A stretch of DNA of 64,000 nt from Synechococcus sp. (GCA_047285535.1 JBJBDC010000001.1:1792136-1856135), one strand, 5' to 3'; positions 1-11,563 are shown, counted from the stretch's first letter. Notes: generated from the letters alone by a model not told the origin. Translations and numbers: made by a program.

Positions 1-7
1 ACTGATC

Positions 8-775
8 ATGGCGGGGCTTCTTCTGTGCGGACCCGTTCCATCAGTCTTAGCGGCAAGCAACCCAAGCACTCAGAAGCTCCTAGAGCGACTGAACGCATGG
101 CCGGACTGGTCCGATCCTGCTCCTCTGCCGCGACCGAAATCAAACGAGGATTTGATCTATCCACCCTGGTTTTCAGGGCTTTGGAACGTTGAAAGCCTTG
201 AACTTTTAGCCAACGGAGACGTCGATGAAAGATGGCCTCCCTTGCAACATTTGGCTCGGTTTCAGCTCAATCAGCACAAGGACGTTGTGGGAGATCGACC
301 CTTTAATGCCAAATCGCTGGGAAAAGCCCTTCTGGGCGAGCAACTCATCAGCGTGGAGCAATCACCGCAACAGTTGAACCGTCAACTCGCCCGACTAAGC
401 GGAGATCGCCTGCTGGAAACAACCGTGATCGGGCGAGGACAATCAGGGATTGATGCCTCATCATTTCTGAGTGATGAACTCGTTCTGCAGGTCATGCATG
501 GTGCCAGGGCACCAAGACTGAGCAGAATCGAAACGCTGAGCCGCTACAGCCCCTGCCCCGAGTTACCAGTCTCGAAAACCAGAACCATCAATCGCATCTG
601 TGTCGAGCAATGGCAACAGCGATATCCAGCTCCCGGGGAGGCCAGCGCATCATTGGTGAAAAGAAGCAGCCGTTACAAACTCACGCTCAGGCGATTGGCT
701 GATCCTGCTGGAGCACTCGAGTCTCAAGCTGATCGCGCCACTCAAACAATGGCTGGAGTCGAGGATGATCACTGA
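8..775 (+). CDS. Conserved cyanobacterial hypothetical protein (DUF6816-like)
   Basis: 255-aa ORF with DLIYPPWFSGLW and DRPFN motifs typical of this cyanobacterial family; the true start may lie upstream of the window. Confidence 0.6.
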   Translation: MAGLLLCGPVPSVLAASNPSTQKLLERLNAWPDWSDPAPLPRPKSNEDLIYPPWFSGLWNVESLELLANGDVDERWPPLQHLARFQLNQHKDVVGDRPFNAKSLGKALLGEQLISVEQSPQQLNRQLARLSGDRLLETTVIGRGQSGIDASSFLSDELVLQVMHGARAPRLSRIETLSRYSPCPELPVSKTRTINRICVEQWQQRYPAPGEASASLVKRSSRYKLTLRRLADPAGALESQADRATQTMAGVEDDH

Positions 776-1418
776 GTCCCGCCACGCCTCGACCAGCCAA
801 TTGGGGCCCCGATGAGGCAGGGAAGCGAAGCAGTGATAACTGAGCCGCCACTGCCAGATCAGCCAGGCTGAGCTGCTCACCAACCAAAAAACTTTCAGGA
901 GTCAGCGCATCCGCGATGGCGATCAGGTTGTTGAGCATTGCGGAACGTTCCTCCTGCCCAAACAGTTCATTAAGCCCGTGGAGCCAACCCGTGGGCACAC
1001 CGGTCAACACCTGTCGCATCAGGCCGGGCATGTCATCAGGCAGTAAGGCAGCACGTAAATCAGAATCGTCTACCGCTGCCTGAAGCAAAGCCGACCGTAC
1101 AGAAGCTGCCAGGGTTGTGTCCGCCCAGTCTTCAATCAAATGAATCTGGGCGACATGCCGAGGATCCTTTGGGACGAATGAAGGCTCGCACTGAATCTCA
1201 TCCAAATAGGCGCAAATTGCACTGGAATCAGCCACCACCGTGTCACCATCCACCAGTACAGGCACTTGCCTCTGACCCGACAGCCTGAACAAGTCAAATT
1301 GCCCTAGTCCTGGCGTGACCTCCACCTCTCGAAAACTCAAACCTTTTGCATACAACCCCATCCGCACCTTTAGGCAAAAAGCGGAATGGCGGAATTGATG
1401 CAGCTCCAGCATGGCCAT
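687..1418 (-). CDS. Glutathione S-transferase family protein
   Basis: N-terminal SAFCLKVR, QVPVLVDG and DSSAI motifs; C-terminal SLADLAVA motif. Confidence 0.9.
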   Translation of the reverse strand: MAMLELHQFRHSAFCLKVRMGLYAKGLSFREVEVTPGLGQFDLFRLSGQRQVPVLVDGDTVVADSSAICAYLDEIQCEPSFVPKDPRHVAQIHLIEDWADTTLAASVRSALLQAAVDDSDLRAALLPDDMPGLMRQVLTGVPTGWLHGLNELFGQEERSAMLNNLIAIADALTPESFLVGEQLSLADLAVAAQLSLLRFPASSGPQLAGRGVAGLSDHPRLQPLFEWRDQLETRVLQQDQPIA

Positions 1419-1471
1419 CCTTGCCCTAGGACCGGCAGAGTAGCTATCAGATTCACCAGCCTGCCAGGACC

Positions 1472-1678
1472 ATGCGCGAGTTCTTCGTCAATGTGACGCG
1501 TTACCCGCGCTATCTCATTGCCTTCACCCTGGGCGTACTGAACTCCGTTGTGAAGCCCTTAGCTCAGAGGCGCAGCAATCCAGTAACAGCTGTGGCTTTA
1601 GTGGGTGCCTTAATCAGTGGCTTTATCACCCTCAGCCTGGTACTCCGTGCCATGGTGACTACAGCACCACTGAGCTGA
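1472..1678 (+). CDS. DUF751-family small membrane protein
   Basis: [14 protein letters not shown] start; 68 aa; usual position upstream of rbfA in cyanobacteria. Confidence 0.8.
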   Translation: MREFFVNVTRYPRYLIAFTLGVLNSVVKPLAQRRSNPVTAVALVGALISGFITLSLVLRAMVTTAPLS

Positions 1679-1680
1679 AG

Positions 1681-2085
1681 ATGGCCCAGGGACGTCGAGT
1701 TGAACGCATTGCCGCCTTGATCCGCAAGGAAACCAGCGAATTGCTCTTGAATGGAATCCGTGATGAGCGGGTTCACCAGGGGATGGTGAGCATTACCGAG
1801 GTTCAAGTCAGCGGCGACCTCCAACACTGCCGGATCTTTGTCAGTGTTTTCGGGGAGCAAGCTCAACGCGACGCAGTGATGGATGGCCTCCAAGCGGCCA
1901 GCGGATACCTTCGTGGAGAGCTGGGTCGTCGGCTGCAAATGCGTCGAGCCCCGGAAGTTGTTTTCAAACTCGATCTAGGGATTGAAAAGGGCACCTCCGT
2001 GCTTCATTTGCTTGGGGAACTCGAACGCGAACGAGATGCACGAGGAGAAGTGCCGGAGGGAACAGAACTCTCCGACAATCCATGA
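1681..2085 (+). CDS. rbfA: 30S ribosome-binding factor A
   Basis: [28 protein letters not shown] and RRAPEVVF motifs. Confidence 0.95.
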   Translation: MAQGRRVERIAALIRKETSELLLNGIRDERVHQGMVSITEVQVSGDLQHCRIFVSVFGEQAQRDAVMDGLQAASGYLRGELGRRLQMRRAPEVVFKLDLGIEKGTSVLHLLGELERERDARGEVPEGTELSDNP

Positions 2086-3704
2086 ATGCGAGCGAACTCC
2101 GTGAAGCTGTCGCCCAATTATTGGTGGTACGGGCTAGCGGTCACGCCACGGACAGGCAAAGGCGGTACCCCCGCTGGGAACTGAGCAATCACAGCCTGGA
2201 ACAGCTCTTGGGGATTGGAGTCGGAGGCGTCATTCTGCTCGGTGGAACGGCCACCGAATTGAGAGAGCGCTGCCGCACTCTTCAGGGTTGGGCCAGACGA
2301 TCCCTTTTGTTATGTGCAGACGTAGAAGAGGGGGTTGGGCAGCGCTTTGAGGGAGCAAGCTGGCTTGTGCCACCTATGGCTCTTGGACGCCTTCATCGAA
2401 GGGAACCCAAACGGGCAGTGCAGCTTGCCGAAGCTTACGGTCGTTGTTGTGGCAAGCAGGCAAAGCGCTGCGGACTGAATTGGGTGCTGGCTCCGGTTTG
2501 CGATGTCAACAGCAACCCCAACAACCCGGTGATCAACGTGCGGGCTTGGGGAGAAGATCCACACACCGTAGGGGAGCTGGCAGGAGCCTTTCAGCGTGGA
2601 CTGGCGGCTACAGGCGTCTTGGGCTGCGCCAAGCATTTCCCTGGGCATGGCGACACCGCCACCGACTCCCATCTAGAACTTCCACTGCTGCAACACAGTC
2701 GCGAACGCCTAGAAAGCCTTGAACTTCAACCGTTTCGCACCCTGATCCAGGAGGGAATCAGCAGTGTGATGACTGCCCATCTGCTGATCCCAGCTTTGGA
2801 TGAACGCTGGCCCGCAACCCTCTCACGAGAAGTGCTGACCTCTCTTCTTCGCCTTGATTTGGGCTTCAAAGGCCTTGTCGTCACCGATGCCCTGGTGATG
2901 GAGGCAATTTCGGCGCGCCACGGTGCTGGCGAGGCAGCGGTACTGGCTTTCGCTGCAGGTGCTGACTTAATCCTGATGCCAGACGATGCATTGGCAGCCA
3001 TTGATGCTCTCTGCGATGCGCTTCGTTCTGGTCGAATACCGATGTCGCAACTTCACGACTCCTTGAATCGTCGACAGGCTGCTTTGCAATCCATCGCGAT
3101 GGAAATCGATTCAACCGAGGACGACCACAGAATCGAAACAACGGATGAAAGAGCTCTCACTTTGGAACTCGTTCAACAGTCGTTAGAGATCTTCAGCTCT
3201 GAATCCAACACCAGACCATCCGAAGTCATCAAGGGCATCAATCTGATCCGCGTGGATGGTGTGCTTCCCTGCCCGGTGCTTCCAGCAAATGCACCTGCAC
3301 TCTGTCTTCCCAAGGTGCTCGGGTTCCAACCCGTGCTGTGTCATCCCCTGGGAATTTCGCCCTGGGAAAACCCTCCAAATCCTCTTGGCCCCTTAGCTCT
3401 CAATCGTCTCGGGGAGGGGCCGGTATTGCTGCAATTATTTATACGTGGCAATCCATTTCAAGCCAACCGCAGCGTTCAGGAACCCTGGACAGAAGCCGTG
3501 CAACAACTGCTTGCCTTGGATCGTCTCTTTGGTTTGGTGGTATACGGAAGCCCGTACGTGTGGGAGGCACTCCGCCAAGTGCTTCCACAATCAATTCCAG
3601 CCGCCTATAGCCCAGGACAAATGCCTGATGCCCAGCAACAATTGCTCGAAGGATTGCTACACCCAGCGCCTTCTCCAATGGGGATCAACCCATTCACTGA
3701 CTGA
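2082..3704 (+). CDS. Glycoside hydrolase family 3 (beta-N-acetylglucosaminidase, NagZ-like)
   Basis: [23 protein letters not shown] and [10 protein letters not shown]3 motifs. Confidence 0.9.
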   Translation: MNASELREAVAQLLVVRASGHATDRQRRYPRWELSNHSLEQLLGIGVGGVILLGGTATELRERCRTLQGWARRSLLLCADVEEGVGQRFEGASWLVPPMALGRLHRREPKRAVQLAEAYGRCCGKQAKRCGLNWVLAPVCDVNSNPNNPVINVRAWGEDPHTVGELAGAFQRGLAATGVLGCAKHFPGHGDTATDSHLELPLLQHSRERLESLELQPFRTLIQEGISSVMTAHLLIPALDERWPATLSREVLTSLLRLDLGFKGLVVTDALVMEAISARHGAGEAAVLAFAAGADLILMPDDALAAIDALCDALRSGRIPMSQLHDSLNRRQAALQSIAMEIDSTEDDHRIETTDERALTLELVQQSLEIFSSESNTRPSEVIKGINLIRVDGVLPCPVLPANAPALCLPKVLGFQPVLCHPLGISPWENPPNPLGPLALNRLGEGPVLLQLFIRGNPFQANRSVQEPWTEAVQQLLALDRLFGLVVYGSPYVWEALRQVLPQSIPAAYSPGQMPDAQQQLLEGLLHPAPSPMGINPFTD

Positions 3705-3725
3705 ACGGGCCTAGCCTCTGCCGCA

Positions 3726-4949
3726 GTGATTCCAAAGGTCATGCTCAGCCTGTCAATGATCGTGCGAAACGAGCAGGAGCGGTTGGGCAGCTGCTTGGAC
3801 TCCGTTAAAGACTTCACCGACGAAATGGTGATCGTCGACACCGGTTCCACCGACGACACCATTGCCATTGCCAAGGCGGCTGGGGCCCGTGTGGAACACA
3901 TGACTTGGCCCGGTGATTTTGCACCAGCACGCAATGTCGCTCTTGACTTCGTGACAGGCGACTGGGTGCTGGTGCTTGATGCGGATGAATGCCTCAGACC
4001 TGAAGCGATTCCCCCTCTCAAGGCCCTCATGGCCCAACCCGATGTCTTGGTCATCAATCTGCTACGCCATGAGCAGGGTTCTGCGATGGCGCCTTACTCC
4101 AGAGTGAGTCGTCTGTTCAGACGCCATCCCCGAATCCGCTGGAGTCGCCCGTATCACTCCATGGTGGATGACAGCGTGCACGATCTGCTCCAGGACGAAC
4201 CCCACTGGCGAATCGCAGACTGCACCGAACCGGCCCTACTTCACGAGGGCTACAGCTCCGAACAACTCCAAGGAACTGACAAAGCAGAACGACTGCGCCA
4301 ATCCATGGAGGAGTGGCTCAACAAAGAACCTGGCAATCCCTATGCCTGCGCCAAGCTCGGAGCCCTGGACGTCGCTGAAGGAGAGCGGAGTCGAGGAATC
4401 GCAAGGCTACGTGAAGGGCTTGCCAACCTTGAAGAGCGAGATGACCAGGCCGCAGAGCGCTACGAGCTCTTACTCCATCTAGGGATCGCCTTGAGTCCAG
4501 AAGACAGCAACGAAGCGATCGACTTCTATAAACAAGCCCTTGCCCAACCTCTTGATATCCGCGTTGGCCTTGGCGCCAGATTGAATTTGGCTGCCTTGTA
4601 TCTTCAAACCAACAGGATCGATGAGGCCATCGACCTCACCAACACGGCTTGCCAACGTGCTCCAGAAGTGGCACTCGCCTGGTACAACCTGGGGCTGATG
4701 CAACGTCGTCAGGGTGATATTAAAAACGCGCTGCAGTCCTATGAACGCGCGCTCAGCCTGGAACCCACCCATGCTGAATGTCATCAAAACCTTGCGGTTG
4801 CAAGGCTCGTCGGTGGAGACATCGACGGAGCCAGAGCCTCTTTCGTTCAGGCGATCACCCTGCTGAACAGCCAGGGCAAAGGCGATCAGGCCACTGCCTT
4901 ACAAAATCAAGTAAGCGGACTGGTCAAGCTGAATGAGGTGAAAGCATGA
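3726..4949 (+). CDS. Glycosyltransferase family 2 with C-terminal TPR repeats
   Basis: SMIVRNE, VDTGSTDDT, LDADE and AWYNLG TPR motifs; start could be the ATG at 3741. Confidence 0.9.
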   Translation: MIPKVMLSLSMIVRNEQERLGSCLDSVKDFTDEMVIVDTGSTDDTIAIAKAAGARVEHMTWPGDFAPARNVALDFVTGDWVLVLDADECLRPEAIPPLKALMAQPDVLVINLLRHEQGSAMAPYSRVSRLFRRHPRIRWSRPYHSMVDDSVHDLLQDEPHWRIADCTEPALLHEGYSSEQLQGTDKAERLRQSMEEWLNKEPGNPYACAKLGALDVAEGERSRGIARLREGLANLEERDDQAAERYELLLHLGIALSPEDSNEAIDFYKQALAQPLDIRVGLGARLNLAALYLQTNRIDEAIDLTNTACQRAPEVALAWYNLGLMQRRQGDIKNALQSYERALSLEPTHAECHQNLAVARLVGGDIDGARASFVQAITLLNSQGKGDQATALQNQVSGLVKLNEVKA

Positions 4950-5755
4950 ATGAAGAAAACATCCCTGGTCTACAAGGGCGCACGATTATCGTGACGAGGG
5001 CCCGTGAACAACTTGGAGAGGCGCGCCAGCTTTTAGAACTTCAAGGCGCAAGGGTCCTTGATTTGCCAGCTTTAGAGATAGGACCACCCGATGATTGGGG
5101 CCCTCTCGATGATGCCCTGGCTGAACTAGATGAATTCCACTGGGTGGTTTTCTCCAGTGCGAACGGGGTTCAAGCGGTCGATGAACGCCTTCGGCTTGTG
5201 GGCAGCAGCCTGTCCCGCAGACCTGCTGGGCTGCGTGTGGCCGCAGTGGGACGCAAAACAGCACGACTGCTGGACAACTTGGGAGCGGAAGCTGATTTCG
5301 TGCCACCTGACTTCGTTGCCGATAGCCTCATCGAACATTTCCCTGTTTCCGGTTGGGGACTAAGACTCCTGCTGCCAAGGGTGCAGAGCGGAGGCCGCAC
5401 GGTACTCGCTGAAGCCTTCGGGAAAGCAGGAGCCAGAGTCGTGGAGGTCCCTGCTTACGAATCCCGCTGTCCATGCGACATGCCGGAAACCACAGCCTCA
5501 GCTTTGGCTTCAGGAGAGGTGGATGCGATCACATTTAGCAGCGGAAAAACCGTCATTCATACCGCTGCACTGGTTCAGCAAACCCTGGGGGCCGAGAAAG
5601 CAGCCATTGCGATGCAATCACTAGCTCTGGTTTCAATTGGACCCCAAACTAGTCAACGCTGTCGTGAACAATTCGGCCGAGTTGATCAGGAAGCCAGCCC
5701 CCACGATCTTGAGGGTTTAGTGCAAGCCTGTCGTCAAGTCATGCAACGTCTCTGA
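4946..5755 (+). CDS. hemD: Uroporphyrinogen-III synthase
   Basis: IIVTRA, FSSANGV, AVGRKTA, FSSGKTV and SIGPQTS motifs. Confidence 0.92.
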   Translation: MNEENIPGLQGRTIIVTRAREQLGEARQLLELQGARVLDLPALEIGPPDDWGPLDDALAELDEFHWVVFSSANGVQAVDERLRLVGSSLSRRPAGLRVAAVGRKTARLLDNLGAEADFVPPDFVADSLIEHFPVSGWGLRLLLPRVQSGGRTVLAEAFGKAGARVVEVPAYESRCPCDMPETTASALASGEVDAITFSSGKTVIHTAALVQQTLGAEKAAIAMQSLALVSIGPQTSQRCREQFGRVDQEASPHDLEGLVQACRQVMQRL

Positions 5756-6255
5756 GACTTGCCTGAGCGCATGAGCGTCAGGCAGCCTCGACGCATGTTG
5801 ATCTCTTCTACAGCCACATCCATAGAGAAAAGCCCTTCACCATGGCCAGGACAACGGCCGCCCTCCCCCAAACACACCATTCCTGATCCTTCAGCAGTTC
5901 TGATCAGTGCACGCAACTGATCTCCCACAGAGAGCACTCCGATGACCTGCCAATCCTGATCTCCGGATGCCCCAAGCTCAGATGGATCGGGAGCAGGCGA
6001 AACAGCGTTGGATTGCGGAACTGGCGCAAAAGGGTCAGCGCGACCTTCCGGGACTGATGCGAGAACCTCGGCAATACTGGGCAGGGTCCTGAATGCATTC
6101 GTTGGAGCGGGAGACACAGCCTCAGCATCTGGAGAGACCATGGGACTTTCAGTAACCCGCTCAAGAGTCGAATGATCCGTTCGATCAACTGAACAACCAC
6201 AGACCAAAAGGGCAAAGGTCAGACTTGCCAAAGCACACCTCGAGATGTGCTCCAT
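5734..6255 (-). CDS. Putative lipoprotein (hypothetical; PilP-like GRADPF motif)
   Basis: Hydrophobic stretch followed by a lipobox-like LVCGC and GRADPFAP; start taken at MEHISR because the longer ORF overlaps the next gene. Confidence 0.5.
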   Translation of the reverse strand: MEHISRCALASLTFALLVCGCSVDRTDHSTLERVTESPMVSPDAEAVSPAPTNAFRTLPSIAEVLASVPEGRADPFAPVPQSNAVSPAPDPSELGASGDQDWQVIGVLSVGDQLRALIRTAEGSGMVCLGEGGRCPGHGEGLFSMDVAVEEINMRRGCLTLMRSGKSQRRCMT

Positions 6256-6256
6256 C

Positions 6257-6712
6257 TCATGACTGCGAACGAGTTGCGTAACCGCTTTCCACCAGATCCC
6301 TAAAACGATCAAGGTTTGCCTGGAGCTCCTTGGTAACAATCCCTCCCAGGATGCTCGGTTCCATCAACGGTGCCAAGATGCCGGGCAACTCATAACTGAC
6401 ACTCAGCTTGATTGCTGTGAGCTCAGGATTCTCTGCATAAAAACGAACGATTCCTTTAGTCGGTAGTCCGCCAACAGATTCCCACTGCAATCGTTGCTGA
6501 TCCACTCGACTGGTGATGCGAGCTTTCCATTGGAAGCGAAAGCCCTGAGCTGCCAACGTCCAATCGGTTAGATCAGGATCCTCGCGGGTCTTGACAGATT
6601 CGATCCAGCGCATCCATCGAGGCATCGCTTCAAGGTCACTCCAAACAGCCCACACCTGATCGACAGGTGACTGAACTGTCGTCGTTACTGTGTGTTCGAG
6701 CCAACGTCCCAT
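6257..6712 (-). CDS. SRPBCC/polyketide cyclase-dehydrase family protein
   Basis: MGRWLEHTV...WSDLEAMPRWMRWI; directly downstream of crtQ as in other cyanobacteria. Confidence 0.85.
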   Translation of the reverse strand: MGRWLEHTVTTTVQSPVDQVWAVWSDLEAMPRWMRWIESVKTREDPDLTDWTLAAQGFRFQWKARITSRVDQQRLQWESVGGLPTKGIVRFYAENPELTAIKLSVSYELPGILAPLMEPSILGGIVTKELQANLDRFRDLVESGYATRSQS

Positions 6713-6716
6713 GGTT

Positions 6717-8189
6717 TCAGGCGACTGCAGTGTTGGAAGACAGTTTTGCCGGCCTTCCGAGGATGGCAGCGGCAGCGAGATGACCACTCATCGTTGCACC
6801 CTCCATTGAATCGATGTAGTCCTGTCGGGTGTAACTGCCTGCCAGGAAAAAATTACGAACAGGGGTGGTTTGAGCGGGGCGATACGGCTCCATCCCAGGC
6901 GCTTCGCGATAGAGAGACTGAGCCAATTTCACGACATTGCTCCAAGTCAGGGTTAGGTGTCTGGCCGAGGGGAAAAGGTTGCGCACCTGGGCATCCGTAT
7001 GGGCAACGATGTCTTTCACTGACTTCGGGATCCAAGGATCCCCAGGGGTGAGCACGCATTGAAGCAAAGATCCCTCACCTGATTTGCGATAGTCCTCGGG
7101 ACTCGCCAAGGCCAAATCAGCGAAACAGCTGAAGTCTGCATCAGCGGTGTAAAGCAGATTGTTTAAACCGCTGGCATTGTTTAAATCCTTGCGCCGTGCC
7201 TCTGCAGCCTGTCCAGTAGCAAGCTCAGTCACCCAACCGTCATATCGCAATTGCACGGTGGCAACCGGAACAGCTTCTAGGCGATGAATGGCTTCAAATT
7301 GCTCATGTTTCCGCCATTGATCAGGAATGATCCGTTGGATACCTGGAACATCACAAGCCGCCAGGTAAACATCAGCTTGAACGTTGCTCTCACCGTGAGG
7401 TGTGCTCAAGGTCAGTGAAGTCACCGTTGGAGCATCGCCATCATCAAAATGAATTTCCTTAACCCGATGCCGGAGGTGCAACTTGGCACCTCGTTGCTGG
7501 ATGTAATCCAAGATTGGACCTGTCAGCCAGCGATGCGGTGAGCCCTTAAGCAAATTGAGCTTGGAGGCCTCAGTCTTCGATGCAAACATCATGAAAATGG
7601 TCAACATGCATCGAGCTGAAATCGATTGGCAATCAATGAAACCCAACGCATAGGCAATCGGATTCCAAAGTCTGCGAATGCTCTCCAAGCTGCCGCCATG
7701 ACCAAGGAACCAGTCTTGAAAACTGATTGCATCCAAGGCACGGATTGTGCGCATCGCACCCTCGTAATCCACAAGGCCTCGCACGATTGGGCTAGTCCCT
7801 AAGGCCAGGGCATTGCGTAATTTATCGATCCAGGACAGCTGGGGAGTGGTGAAAAAAGCCTTGAGTCCATTGAAAGGAGCCCCGATCGGGAATCGGAAAT
7901 CAAGCTCGCGCAGATCGCCTCCGCGATTCACAAAAAGATGCGTGTGATCTTTGGGCAAAAGGTTGTCGATCGCGCCCACCTTGCGCATCAGAGCAAAGAG
8001 ATTGGCGTAATTAAAAAAGAACACATGCAAACCCATTTCGATGTGATTGCCTTTTTCATCAACCCAGCTACCGACCTTCCCGCCCATGAAAGGGCGAGCT
8101 TCGTAGAGATCAACATCGTGACCTGCATCCACCAGATCAACGGCAGCGGCTAGGCCAGCCAGTCCTGATCCCACAATCGCGACCTGCAC
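6717..8189 (-). CDS. crtQ: 9,9'-di-cis-zeta-carotene desaturase
   Basis: GSGLAG FAD motif, [12 protein letters not shown] and [16 protein letters not shown] start assumed. Confidence 0.93.
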   Translation of the reverse strand: MQVAIVGSGLAGLAAAVDLVDAGHDVDLYEARPFMGGKVGSWVDEKGNHIEMGLHVFFFNYANLFALMRKVGAIDNLLPKDHTHLFVNRGGDLRELDFRFPIGAPFNGLKAFFTTPQLSWIDKLRNALALGTSPIVRGLVDYEGAMRTIRALDAISFQDWFLGHGGSLESIRRLWNPIAYALGFIDCQSISARCMLTIFMMFASKTEASKLNLLKGSPHRWLTGPILDYIQQRGAKLHLRHRVKEIHFDDGDAPTVTSLTLSTPHGESNVQADVYLAACDVPGIQRIIPDQWRKHEQFEAIHRLEAVPVATVQLRYDGWVTELATGQAAEARRKDLNNASGLNNLLYTADADFSCFADLALASPEDYRKSGEGSLLQCVLTPGDPWIPKSVKDIVAHTDAQVRNLFPSARHLTLTWSNVVKLAQSLYREAPGMEPYRPAQTTPVRNFFLAGSYTRQDYIDSMEGATMSGHLAAAAILGRPAKLSSNTAVA

Positions 8190-8302
8190 CAGCGCTTTCA
8201 CCAAGAATTCAATAACTCTATGAATTCGGGAGCCATAACGGCTTCAGGCAGATCACGCATCGTTTCCATACAGTGGATGAAGGCCTGCTGGAATCCACAT
8301 TC

Positions 8303-8695
8303 ATGACCACTGCCGCCGCCAGTCCCTCACCCCACATGGCCAAGGATGGGAAAGGCATCCAGATCACCGAGCCAGCCATGCTGCAACTGGCCAAACTCTG
8401 CCGAGAGCAGGGCGATCAGCAAATCCTCCGTGTTGGAGTGCGCTCCGGTGGCTGCAGCGGCATGAGTTACACCATGGATTTTGTTCCCGCCACCGAGATC
8501 AATGAAAGTGACGAGGTCTATGACTACGCCGCACCAGAAGGTGCGGCTTTTCGAGTGGTGTGTGACCCCAAAAGCCTGCTTTACATCTACGGCATGCAGC
8601 TTGACTTCAGTACGGCATTGATTGGGGGCGGGTTCAATTTCACCAACCCGAATGCCACCCAGACCTGCGGATGTGGGAGCTCCTTTGCAGTCTGA
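8303..8695 (+). CDS. HesB/IscA iron-sulfur cluster assembly accessory protein
   Basis: GGCSGMSY and TCGCGSSF motifs. Confidence 0.93.
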   Translation: MTTAAASPSPHMAKDGKGIQITEPAMLQLAKLCREQGDQQILRVGVRSGGCSGMSYTMDFVPATEINESDEVYDYAAPEGAAFRVVCDPKSLLYIYGMQLDFSTALIGGGFNFTNPNATQTCGCGSSFAV

Positions 8696-8746
8696 AGTCC
8701 ACCGCGTGGGAATCTGTTGACAATTTTCAGACCATAAGAATCAACG

Positions 8747-9175
8747 ATGGAGTCCCAAGAATCTCAGGAGTCGAGCCTCTTCCAACAGGCCATGGCTCGT
8801 TATCAAGATGGAACACCTGCAAAAGATCTGATCGGTGATTTCGTTGCGATCACCGAAGCTGCACCCCGCCAATCCTCCGGATGGACATGCTTAGCGTGGC
8901 TTCTCTTACTCTGCGAACAACCAGATGATGCATTACGTTCCGCTCGAATGGCGGTGAAGCTCAATAGTCAAGACCCCCAGGCAAGGATCAATCTGACTTT
9001 GGCCATGCTTGAAACCAAGGCCAAAGGTGTGCGTGATCAAATCCAGATTGTCCAACAAGTGTTAGCGGTAGCCCCCGACATGGGGGAAGAACTGAGGGAC
9101 TCAATCAACGATGGCTTGAAACGTCGACCGGACTGGCCCGCCCTTCTCAAGGTGAAGAGTTGGCTGGAGCTCTGA
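8747..9175 (+). CDS. Conserved TPR-like hypothetical protein
   Basis: 142-aa helical ORF (WTCLAWL, AVKLNSQDPQARINL). Confidence 0.75.
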   Translation: MESQESQESSLFQQAMARYQDGTPAKDLIGDFVAITEAAPRQSSGWTCLAWLLLLCEQPDDALRSARMAVKLNSQDPQARINLTLAMLETKAKGVRDQIQIVQQVLAVAPDMGEELRDSINDGLKRRPDWPALLKVKSWLEL

Positions 9176-9176
9176 G

Positions 9177-10379
9177 GTGGGGCGGCTGCTGCTGCTGAGC
9201 AATGGTCATGGCGAAGACCTCTCGGGTGCTCTGCTGGGACAAGCCTTGCAAGCTCAAGGGCATGATGTGGAAGCGCTGCCCATGGTGGGGCGAGGCCGTC
9301 CATATCGAGAAGCAACGATTCCTCTGGTCTGTCGAACAAAGGAATTCAGCACCGGGGGGCTTGGCTACACAACGCTTCGGGGCCGACTCACCGAATTGAT
9401 CCAGGGCCAAGTGATCTATCTCTTGAGGCGCCTGTTCAAACTGATCCGTATCGCCAGCCAGTATGACGTTGTGGTTGTTATCGGTGATGTCATTCCTGTG
9501 ATGGCTGCATGGCTCAGCTTTCGGCCGGTAGCAACCTATCTGGTGGCTTACTCCAGTCATTACGAGGGGCGACTACGACTGCCTTGGCCATGCGGCAGCT
9601 GCCTGATGAGTCAGAGATTCAAAACGGTATTCAGTCGAGATGCACTGACTGCAGATGATCTCAGCGAGCAATTGCAACGGGATGTGGTTTTCGTGGGAAA
9701 CCCTTTTATGGATGCTGTATCTAGCCACAGCAAGCCCCTGCCGCCCGTCCATAGACGCCTGGGACTGTTGCCAGGAAGCCGGAGGCCTGAGCTTGAGCAA
9801 AACCTGGCACTGCTTTTAAAAGTGATTGAACAACTACCGAATTCAAAGCAGAGCCAACGAGAACTGGACATTGACCTCGCGCTAGTTGCAGCTCTCAACG
9901 ACGATGATTTGCACACTTTTGCAGAGGAGCATGGGTGGAACCTTGTCTTAGGGCAAGGCAGCTCTCCCTCACGAATGGAGAAGGTCAATCGATGCGTTCA
10001 AGTACGAAGGCACTGTTTCTCTTCCGTACTTCACAGCTCAGACCTCTTGCTGTGCATGGCTGGCACCGCTGCGGAACAGGCCGTGGGTCTTGCAAAACCA
10101 GTCCTGCAGCTGCCAGGCCATGGCCCCCAATTCACAGCTGGCTTCGCTGAAGCCCAACGACGTCTACTGGGTCCAACCGTGTTCTGCGCTGATTCCCACG
10201 TTGGCGGTGAAGAACTTTTCGCTGCCACTGCCAAACTGGCAAAAGAGCTCCTGGAACGAAGCGTGAACGATCCAGAGCTTCAGCGTGATTGCCAGCAGCA
10301 AGCGATGCAACGGTTAGGCCCTGAAGGAGGAGGGGACAAGATGGCCAAACTGATTGGTGATCTGCTCCAGGACAGCTGA
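9177..10379 (+). CDS. Lipid-A-disaccharide synthase-related protein
   Basis: SNGHGED, VGNPFMD, LLPGSR and MAGTAAEQ motifs. Confidence 0.85.
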   Translation: MGRLLLLSNGHGEDLSGALLGQALQAQGHDVEALPMVGRGRPYREATIPLVCRTKEFSTGGLGYTTLRGRLTELIQGQVIYLLRRLFKLIRIASQYDVVVVIGDVIPVMAAWLSFRPVATYLVAYSSHYEGRLRLPWPCGSCLMSQRFKTVFSRDALTADDLSEQLQRDVVFVGNPFMDAVSSHSKPLPPVHRRLGLLPGSRRPELEQNLALLLKVIEQLPNSKQSQRELDIDLALVAALNDDDLHTFAEEHGWNLVLGQGSSPSRMEKVNRCVQVRRHCFSSVLHSSDLLLCMAGTAAEQAVGLAKPVLQLPGHGPQFTAGFAEAQRRLLGPTVFCADSHVGGEELFAATAKLAKELLERSVNDPELQRDCQQQAMQRLGPEGGGDKMAKLIGDLLQDS

Positions 10380-10655
10380 ATGGATTCAAAATACATAGAA
10401 CCCACTTGGAAACGCTGGCTGGACCGTTTGCTGGTCCTCAATGTATTCCTGGTGATCGGAGGTGCTGTCTGGTTTGGCCTGGCTGTCATTGCCAACGGAC
10501 AAGGAGTGGTCACACCAATGCAGCAATTTCAGCGTCTCTGGGATCCTCTGTTTACCCCAGCGATCGGCCTGCTGATGGGCACTGCTCTCATCAATGGGAT
10601 GTTGAGCTGGTGGCAGCGTCGAATGCGGCAGGCAGCTCAGAAAAACGGCAACTGA
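10380..10655 (+). CDS. Small membrane hypothetical protein
   Basis: Two hydrophobic segments; LWDPLFTPAIGLLM; abuts the upstream gene. Confidence 0.7.
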   Translation: MDSKYIEPTWKRWLDRLLVLNVFLVIGGAVWFGLAVIANGQGVVTPMQQFQRLWDPLFTPAIGLLMGTALINGMLSWWQRRMRQAAQKNGN

Positions 10656-11535
10656 ACTTCAAATCCGCTTGCCGTTCAGACTGCACGTGCTGTCCTTCGA
10701 GGACAACACTCGCTCCATCGCCAAGTAGCAGTTGCAAGAGAGGCGCTGGCACCGGCAACAGATTGGGACGCCCTAAACAACGACCAAGAGTCGCGGAGAA
10801 CGTGGCCATCGAGACCGGACTTGGCGCCACTGCATTTACCGTTCCTGACCAAGCATCATCCTCAAGACCCGCAAGGATCATGCGGCACAGGTCACTGCGT
10901 TCAATCCAACTCATCCACTGACTGCCGGATCCGATCGCCCCACCAAAGCCAAGGCGAAAGATCGGAAGCATTTTCCCCAATGCACCGCCGTCGGCAGCAA
11001 GCACGATTCCAATCCGTAAAACAACCAAGCGTGTGGCAACAGGCTTTTCCGATGCTGCCGCTTCCCAGCGCTGACAGAGCCCAGCGAGCAGATCGTTGCC
11101 ACAAGGGCTTGATTCTGTAAAACACTTGTCGGCGCTTGTGCCGTAATAACCAACGGCTGAGCCATTGATCAACACTTTTGGAGGCTGGTCCAAATCACCC
11201 ATTGCTTTCACCAGGTACCGCGTGGTCTCAACGCGACTGTTTTCAAGCAACTGGAGATGCGCAGAGGTCCAACGCTTTTCTGCAATCGGTTCTCCAGCCA
11301 GGTTGATCACTCCCTGCGCTTGAGCCAAGGCCTGTTGGAGAACGCTGGATTCCTCCCAGCTGATCGAATCAGCAGCATTGCATTGAACCCAGTCCAGCCC
11401 CTTAAGGCAGTCGGCTGGGAGTGCATCCTGAGCAGATCTGCGACTCACGATGGTGAGATCGTGCCCTGCGTTTTGAAGCATGGGAATCAATGCACGACCG
11501 ACTAATCCAGTGCATCCGATCAGTAAAAGTCGCAT
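10591..11535 (-). CDS. TIGR01777-type NAD-dependent epimerase-like oxidoreductase
   Basis: GCTGLVG, NLAGEPI, SAVGYYG, LRIGIVL and QWMSWI motifs. Confidence 0.9.
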   Translation of the reverse strand: MRLLLIGCTGLVGRALIPMLQNAGHDLTIVSRRSAQDALPADCLKGLDWVQCNAADSISWEESSVLQQALAQAQGVINLAGEPIAEKRWTSAHLQLLENSRVETTRYLVKAMGDLDQPPKVLINGSAVGYYGTSADKCFTESSPCGNDLLAGLCQRWEAAASEKPVATRLVVLRIGIVLAADGGALGKMLPIFRLGFGGAIGSGSQWMSWIERSDLCRMILAGLEDDAWSGTVNAVAPSPVSMATFSATLGRCLGRPNLLPVPAPLLQLLLGDGASVVLEGQHVQSERQADLKFSCRFSELPAAFDAATSSTSH

Positions 11536-11563
11536 GAAGCATCTCTCTCACAACGTTCAGAGG